64,000 nt of DNA from a virus. The position numbers were made by a program, and so were the translations under genes. Below, piece after piece: positions 58,159 through 64,000 of the stretch. Numbering within the stretch: the first letter of the stretch is position 1; the number at the start of each line of letters is the position of its first letter. Under the pieces are notes generated by a model. That model was not told the DNA's origin. It made no database searches and worked only from the letters and a program-made list of their open reading frames with translations. The stretch spans positions 32,001 through 96,000 of the IMG/VR virus record IMGVR_UViG_3300036818_000127; one strand, given 5' to 3'.

Positions 58159-58971
58159 CTAGGCTTGCGCTTCTCGCAGAGCATCTTTATGATCCATTGC
58201 AAAATCTAATCCTGACATCTTTACATCAATGATAAAGTTGATATTCCCGCCTCCAGGTTCGATTTCAGTAAATCCAATGTGGCGCATTAGTCCGATCCCG
58301 TCTTTTGTATCAGATCTTGCTGCTAGCATGTTAACAGGTATGCCTCTTTGCCCGAGATTGACAATGTGTCTAAACATTCCTCGAATAAGGATACTTCCCC
58401 ATTTTCTTCTATTTGCTTTTGCTAACCCGATATCATTAGATGCCAAACCAAGCAACCATAAGTTAGCAGCCTTGCCTGTCTCAAAGGGAAGTACATCTTC
58501 AACATCAATCACTCCAAAGTTTTGACTTCTGTCCAGTTTAAGTAACCACCACATCTTCTCTTCTGTAATATTCAGGATGAAAATGCATCCTCTTACTTTT
58601 CCGCGACTATGTACGACAAAACATGATTCTGGATTTCTCTCCAGCCAAGCATTTCTTTTTGCTGAAGTATCATCCCCTCCCCATATTTTTCTAAGCAAGG
58701 CAACAATTTCAGGCATATCCTCTGGAGTTGCGGGGCGGAAAAGAGTAGGAAGGGCTTGATCTTCTGATTTCCGTTTCTCATCATTCCACTCTTTGATGAG
58801 CTTGTCGATATCATCTATCTTGTAGAAACCTTGCTTCTCTCCAGGTTCTACAAGACGCTCAATTTTCCCCTCTTTAACAAGGCCGCGAAGCCTACTATCA
58901 TTGATGTTTCCAAGTTTTCTTAGGGCTACGGCGGCTCTGCAATAGCCTTTGGGAGGTAGTCCTCTAGTCAT
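58159..58971 (-). CDS. HTH plus GNAT-fold protein
   Basis: N-terminal HTH, FRPATPEDM, G..LMRHIGFTE. Confidence 0.65.
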   Translation of the reverse strand: MTRGLPPKGYCRAAVALRKLGNINDSRLRGLVKEGKIERLVEPGEKQGFYKIDDIDKLIKEWNDEKRKSEDQALPTLFRPATPEDMPEIVALLRKIWGGDDTSAKRNAWLERNPESCFVVHSRGKVRGCIFILNITEEKMWWLLKLDRSQNFGVIDVEDVLPFETGKAANLWLLGLASNDIGLAKANRRKWGSILIRGMFRHIVNLGQRGIPVNMLAARSDTKDGIGLMRHIGFTEIEPGGGNINFIIDVKMSGLDFAMDHKDALREAQA

Positions 58972-59157
58972 TAGTGTGGCCGATCCTTTCTATGTATTAG
59001 CCCAATTGTACTTTAAAATTTGCAAGAAAGCAATCAATGAAGACTTGAAAAAATGAAAGATTGAAACCCTTGACAAACCTGATCCTATAAAGTATAATAA
59101 TTTTGTAGTTAAGGATTTTAAATAAAAGTCTTGTTTGAAAGTAAGGAGGCGATTTGT

Positions 59158-59388
59158 ATGGCAGTTGTAATGAACAGCCAGTTGCTCCTGCTTAGGAAGC
59201 AGTTGAAAGTATCAAGAGAAAAATTAGCACGGAGGACTGAATCGGTATCTTCTGGAACAATCAGAAATGCTGAGGAAGGTAAAAGGATAGTGGTCTCGAA
59301 TGCTAATCAGATACACCAAGCAATAAATGAGCTGCTTCAAGAAGCTGGCATGCAAAAAGTGGACACTTTAGGTTTATCTTTGTACTAA
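59158..59388 (+). CDS. XRE/Cro-like HTH protein
   Basis: LRKQLKVSREKLA...VSSGTIRNAEEG; divergent from 58971. Confidence 0.7.
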   Translation: MAVVMNSQLLLLRKQLKVSREKLARRTESVSSGTIRNAEEGKRIVVSNANQIHQAINELLQEAGMQKVDTLGLSLY

Positions 59389-59563
59389 TGTTCTTGTTAG
59401 CTAGTAGGCATAGTTCTACTGAGTAGTGAATATTTACAACTGAATAGTGCAGCTCTCAGCAGTCCTACTAAGGTATATCCCTACAATGCTCGACCCAGTT
59501 AGCAGCGAGACACGACTTGTCCTGGTGAAAAGGTTCGGATTAAGAGAGAGAAGCACAAAACAT

Positions 59564-59660
59564 GGGGATGATTGGTTTGACAAGCATGAACAGGGCCAAC
59601 CGTGTCACGGCGCTATCTAGAATTGCTTGACGGGGAGTTCAATTCTCTCCCATCTCCACC
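59564..59660 (+). ncRNA. miniature tmRNA-like RNA (tRNA-like domain with about 40 nt internal segment)
   Basis: GGGGAUG/CAUCUCC acceptor stem with G3-U, GGUUUGAC, AAGCA/UGCUU helix, GAC, GGGGAG-UUCAAUU-CUCUCC T arm, ACC end. Confidence 0.75.
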
Positions 59661-59711
59661 GATGACAATGTTATGTCATCAATACTTATAGTGAGCAGAA
59701 AGGTACAATAT

Positions 59712-59921
59712 ATGCCTGCCAATTATTCTGAATATTCTGCTGAGGTACGTATTGCAGCTCGTGGCCTTGCAGATGGCAAATTCAATGTGGCATTCTCGCA
59801 AGACCCCAATGCCTTTACATTAGCTGAAGCTGAGTATGATCGTCTCATGCAGGATTATATTCAGCACGGCGAAAACTCTGATCTGGCTAAGGCTGCCAGA
59901 GAGAGAAATATCGAATTGTAG
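59712..59921 (+). CDS. hypothetical protein
   Basis: RBS AGAAAGG. Confidence 0.5.
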   Translation: MPANYSEYSAEVRIAARGLADGKFNVAFSQDPNAFTLAEAEYDRLMQDYIQHGENSDLAKAARERNIEL

Positions 59922-60201
59922 TGCATCATTTAGTAACAAAGCATCCAGGAGCATTAATGTATCCTAAAATACACAAGCGTATCTTTTACGCCATTCTCGT
60001 AGCTTTTGTATGTGAGATGGCTGGACGTACAGGTAGGGTTGTATCTGTAGTTTCTCGTTTAGGTAGTATCGTCAAAAGTAGAGTGTAGTGTAAGACGGCC
60101 TGCTCATTGCCAAAGGAGTCCAAGCCGGAGCAATGAGCAGGTTTTTCACCCATACAAGTATAGGCTATTCCTAGAATACCACAGCCCGGAAAGGACTTCT
60201 T

Positions 60202-60411
60202 ATGAAGTGCCACATATGCCTGCGAGAGCAAGGCATCATCCCATCTCAACATGACAATGACCAGCACACCCTATGTGATGAGCATAGAAATGAGGCAGCA
60301 TCAACCTTTTATGTCGGCAAGCTTGCAAGAGAGCAGGCAGGTCGCTTATATGCAGGACATCACGATCTGAATAGGCTACTTCGATTGGTGGGTAGACAGT
60401 CAGGGACCTGA
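60202..60411 (+). CDS. small Zn-binding protein; last codons supplied by the inserted element
   Basis: CHIC...CDEH. Confidence 0.5.
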   Translation: MKCHICLREQGIIPSQHDNDQHTLCDEHRNEAASTFYVGKLAREQAGRLYAGHHDLNRLLRLVGRQSGT

Positions 60412-60821
60412 TCCCTTAAAAGGGATGGGCTTGTAGAGATGGGGGTAGTTTTTGCCCGTCTTCTCTCTAGCTTCACCTGACCAGACCCAGCCAGGGCTGT
60501 TCCTAGAAGGCTCATAGAGAGCGGGAAACAGCTATCGGGCTACGTTAGAGGCGAAATTAGGTACCATAGGATGCGAGGGCCAGTCCGATGCTCTACGGTT
60601 GCAGGTTAAACAGGTTTACGAGGGTTAGTGCCAGTGCTTGCAACGACAAACCGCTTTCTAACTTCGTCGAGGCCCCCATTACCTGGGAAACCAGTGGGGT
60701 TTAGCCGTTCCGTCATAAAACGGCTCCCCGCAAGGGGATTACTCCTAAACTAATCCAGCCTGCGGGCTACTTCTTTCCTCCCAACCACTAAAAGGGAATG
60801 GGTTTCCAGAAAGGATAACTG
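60399..60821 (+). mobile_element. non-autonomous IS200/IS605 element carrying a standalone IscB-type omega-RNA (HEARO-like)
   Basis: GTCAGG...CCTGACCAGAC closing stem, CTACGTT, GGATGC..GCCAGTCC, GGTTAAACAG, GTCGAGG..CATTACC; terminal hairpin shared with 23379-23807. Confidence 0.85.
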
Positions 60822-60956
60822 ATGAGAAAGTTTTTAGCATGGGTCATCCATAGATTATCAGATAGGTGCGGTACTTGTGACTACTACGAATGTTCATATT
60901 GTTCTGCATGCCATAATCCTGATTGCTCATCGTATAGGGAGTGCTTTTACCGATGA
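60822..60956 (+). CDS. 44-aa Cys-rich protein, not in the ORF track
   Basis: MRKFLAW...CGTC...CSYCSAC; RBS and ATGA overlap with the next gene. Confidence 0.5.
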   Translation: MRKFLAWVIHRLSDRCGTCDYYECSYCSACHNPDCSSYRECFYR

Positions 60957-61156
60957 GCCAACAACAAGAGCCTCTCCAAGAGGGGGATACCGTTGAGGTT
61001 TTCGGAGATCGCCGCACGTGGCTTAACGGCCTTCAAGGGAGGGTCTTTGATATTATCGGAGACCGCATACACATCTACTTTGAAGGTGCGATCGCTGCTG
61101 AGAAGCAGGTAGTTGTCCTTCGCAAGAATGTCAGGAAGGTAAAACGTGAACTTTGA
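60953..61156 (+). CDS. KOW/SH3-like small protein
   Basis: LQEGDTVEV...G.QGRV. Confidence 0.55.
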   Translation: MSQQQEPLQEGDTVEVFGDRRTWLNGLQGRVFDIIGDRIHIYFEGAIAAEKQVVVLRKNVRKVKREL

Positions 61157-61424
61157 GCTAATGACAAATGATGAGATTAGGGATCTCATCATTGATACCA
61201 TCGATGCAGGGGAATATCGGAAGCGCCAGGAATTATGGGCACCGTTGATGCTAGATGAAATGCCTCCGCTGCCTCAACATATAAACAAGGCAATGGAAAG
61301 GCGCGAGCAGATTGGGAACATCGCTCGCGGGATCTACCGTCAGACGGGGATTACCCCGACAAATGAGGATATTCAGAAAGCTGTAGCGCGTGGCATGGCA
61401 TTGATTGAAAAGCTAGAGAGGTAG
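61146..61424 (+). CDS. hypothetical protein
   Basis: ORF in operon. Confidence 0.5.
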   Translation: MNFELMTNDEIRDLIIDTIDAGEYRKRQELWAPLMLDEMPPLPQHINKAMERREQIGNIARGIYRQTGITPTNEDIQKAVARGMALIEKLER

Positions 61425-61428
61425 CAGA

Positions 61429-61644
61429 ATGGGAAAAGAGATATTCCCTACTATGAATGAAATCCCCCAAAGCATGCAGGACACGCTGGAAATAGCATGC
61501 AAGGCTATCGAGTGGGACGAGAAGGAAGTGACATCGGAGGCTGTAGCGCAGCATATACGTCAGCACTTGTGGCACCGTGAGCAACCACTTCCTTCCCTTA
61601 TTAAGGTTTTTGTAGACAATTGGCATAGCCCAGCAACTATATAG
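61429..61644 (+). CDS. hypothetical protein
   Basis: GAGG RBS. Confidence 0.5.
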   Translation: MGKEIFPTMNEIPQSMQDTLEIACKAIEWDEKEVTSEAVAQHIRQHLWHREQPLPSLIKVFVDNWHSPATI

Positions 61645-61663
61645 AACAATAGGAGAATTGAAC

Positions 61664-62371
61664 ATGAGCGCAAAGTTTCGGAATGTCGGCCCTGAGTCGG
61701 CAATGCCTGGAGGAGGCTCTGAGAATGGTCATTTTGACCCACGAGCCACCCACAAATTTACTGTAGATGAAGAGGAGGGCACCCTGGACAACATGGCCTA
61801 TGAGGGTGCTGCTGCCCAAAATCCGATGGTGAAACTGGTCATCGGATTTGCTCAGGTCATATGGGGATGTATCTCGAACTGTATTCAGGTTGCCACATCC
61901 AGTATGGCATGGCTGTCTATGATCACGGCACAGCCTGCATTTAATAACATCCCTGACTTTCTCATGTCTCCGTTTGCATGGAAAGTCACAATTGCACTTG
62001 TGATGGGCATTGCACCTCAAGTGTTGTTGCATATGCACAGCCAGCCTATCACGGATACCTGGATGCGACTGAAAAACATGCAGAATTTTCGGGTTAAGGC
62101 ATTCAGTAGCAAGATAGAAGTCAAGAAGGTGCTTAATGCGCGAGCATTCCTGGGCTATGTTGGTCTCGGAGCGGATGTAGTGAGTGATGCCACATTCGTC
62201 AATCTCTTCACGGAAAACATTCTTGCGATCATCTTCTGGATGTTTGTCCTTACTGGATGCAGCACCATCTGTATGTACGACGGTGCGAATAAGGTATGGG
62301 GCGCATTCGAGGATTACAGGGATTATAAGCATTATCATAATATGCATGATCCTAAGAAGGAGAAGCAATAA
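61664..62371 (+). CDS. multi-pass membrane protein
   Basis: About 4 hydrophobic segments. Confidence 0.65.
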   Translation: MSAKFRNVGPESAMPGGGSENGHFDPRATHKFTVDEEEGTLDNMAYEGAAAQNPMVKLVIGFAQVIWGCISNCIQVATSSMAWLSMITAQPAFNNIPDFLMSPFAWKVTIALVMGIAPQVLLHMHSQPITDTWMRLKNMQNFRVKAFSSKIEVKKVLNARAFLGYVGLGADVVSDATFVNLFTENILAIIFWMFVLTGCSTICMYDGANKVWGAFEDYRDYKHYHNMHDPKKEKQ

Positions 62372-62372
62372 G

Positions 62373-64000
62373 ATGCATCAAGGAGGCTCAACTAAATCAT
62401 ACATCTCTTTCGGTTTGTTTGTTTTACTTGTTGGTATTCTGTCCTCTGTTTTTGCAAGAAAGGGGACAAATGCCGTTGCTTGGCTCGTGATTGTGATACT
62501 TGCAGTTGTGTTTATTACACCAATTGTTTTCAAACACACGAGAAAACACTGGAATAGAGCGATCACGAGTAGGCCTTCTAAGCTTGATTTTGCTTTGGCC
62601 CCAAGCGGCCATAGGCGTGCTCGCTACCTAGAGACCAATGAAGAGTACGCTGCACAAACAGTTGTTATCCCGACTCCAAACAGGCCCTTAATCCCTGATA
62701 CGGTTGAAGTCCCTGATCAGAGAACACTTGCTGCTGCTTACCAGTCTACGGTATCGGCTCCATACTCTCGTAGCAAGCAACTCTATGAAATGACCCAAGG
62801 TGGTAGTCCTAGTCCGTCGAGGGCAATGGTCCCTGTAAAATCCCAATCTGTCGAATCTATTCAACAGAGGGATAACCCTAAGCTGCATCTTGCGCCGAAC
62901 TGTACACCTTATATTGACGATATTCTTGGACATGCCATTCTCGGCGTCGGAATGAGAGGAAGTGGAAAAAGCTCACTAGCCGCACTAATCATCGAGGAAG
63001 TATGCCAGCATCACATTCCTGCGCTCGTGTGTGATCCAGAAGAAGAGTACGTCACATTACCATCAGTCCTTCGAGAACGGTGTGTGATCGCTGGCCCCCC
63101 GACCTGGGGTGAAAAGTGGCGATATCAAGATCTATATTGGGAAGTTACCGAAGAAAATGCGGCAGAGGTTGGGTACCTGATCTTAGATGAAGGATGGCAA
63201 GTTGTTCTGCAAGTCGGTGCATATGAAACACTTGAGCTTGCAGCAACAATCATGGTCAGTGTGATTAAAGGGATGTTTGCATGGGCAGATGATCATGATC
63301 CATGCAAACGGGTGCCTTGCCTTATCTTCCTGGATGAGGCGCAGTACTTCCTTCCACAGAATGAAACAGTCTCTTCTATTGCAAAAGAAGAAGCAAATAG
63401 CTTGCTCAAGATTTTTATGGATGTGAATGCGCGTGGGCGCAAACGTGGGCTGACTCCAGCCATCTTCACACAGCGAATAGCGCAAGTCAGGAAAGAAGTC
63501 ATTGCTGGCTCGGAGATTTACTTTCTCGGCAGGCAGACTATGGACAATGATGTCAACCGATATATAGACATTGTAGGAAAAGGAAAACTTGATCCTTCAG
63601 TAGTGCAGACATTGCCACAAGGAGACTTTGCGGTGTTTGAAGGTGGCGAAGTGTTCATTACCCATATGAACAAACGAAAATCAGAGCACCGGAGCAATAC
63701 CCCCAAGCATGCACAAGCTATTGAGAGGTATGCAAACAAGCCAGTTGCCACGAAAAAGTTTCGCTCGGTCCAGACGACATTGCTTGATGAGTATGAAGGC
63801 ACTGATCCCAGGGATGAAGACATTAACGAGAATGAAGGCTATCCCTTCTCTCCAAGTAGAGACACTGGTACAGGTGAAAACAAAATCAGCGGACAACCGA
63901 AGACACCCGATCTTATTGTGCTAGGCAAGGACCCCATATCAGGTAACCCTGTGCACACGACCAGACAAGGATTTAATGTTGCTGTCAAGCTACGCAAGGC
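62373..64000 (+). CDS. membrane-anchored HerA/FtsK-family ATPase, runs off the window end (absent from ORF track)
   Basis: Two N-terminal TM helices, Walker A GMRGSGKS, Walker B IFLDEAQ, RGRKRG, TQR. Confidence 0.85.
   Translation, partial: MHQGGSTKSYISFGLFVLLVGILSSVFARKGTNAVAWLVIVILAVVFITPIVFKHTRKHWNRAITSRPSKLDFALAPSGHRRARYLETNEEYAAQTVVIPTPNRPLIPDTVEVPDQRTLAAAYQSTVSAPYSRSKQLYEMTQGGSPSPSRAMVPVKSQSVESIQQRDNPKLHLAPNCTPYIDDILGHAILGVGMRGSGKSSLAALIIEEVCQHHIPALVCDPEEEYVTLPSVLRERCVIAGPPTWGEKWRYQDLYWEVTEENAAEVGYLILDEGWQVVLQVGAYETLELAATIMVSVIKGMFAWADDHDPCKRVPCLIFLDEAQYFLPQNETVSSIAKEEANSLLKIFMDVNARGRKRGLTPAIFTQRIAQVRKEVIAGSEIYFLGRQTMDNDVNRYIDIVGKGKLDPSVVQTLPQGDFAVFEGGEVFITHMNKRKSEHRSNTPKHAQAIERYANKPVATKKFRSVQTTLLDEYEGTDPRDEDINENEGYPFSPSRDTGTGENKISGQPKTPDLIVLGKDPISGNPVHTTRQGFNVAVKLRK

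Noticed and set aside
61637-63823. Minus-strand ORFs at the window end
   Set aside because: Antisense shadows of the membrane protein and ATPase genes.

Overview
This 64 kb window looks like part of a large phage or phage-plasmid. A Chloroflexota/Ktedonobacteria-type host is inferred from the style of the omega-RNAs and CRISPR repeats. It carries a replication module (AAA_25 helicase, iteron-like origin, DnaG-type primase, family A polymerase), ParA plus partner, a terminase small subunit, a tyrosine recombinase, an ECF sigma factor, a methylase-helicase fusion, an H-NOX/histidine kinase pair, and many small orphan genes driven by a 29-bp promoter repeated 10 times. Highlights: (1) A DNA hypermodification cluster: a CmoA-like carboxy-SAM synthase, a C5-cytosine MTase whose motif X reads GRAVPP instead of GNAVPP, a glutaminase-less asparagine-synthetase-like amide ligase, a SpeD-like decarboxylase, a homospermidine synthase-like enzyme and a SET protein. 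Together they suggest polyamine amidation of carboxymethylcytosine. (2) A set of guide or decoy RNAs with no effector in the window: a perfect 4-repeat CRISPR mini-array, a shortened repeat array with compensatory stem changes (Racr/crlRNA-like), a second degenerate array attached to a structured scaffold, and two protein-less IS200/IS605 omega-RNA elements, each inserted directly before an ATGA start. (3) A 97-nt miniature tmRNA. All calls come from reading motifs by eye; no database searches or folding programs were run.
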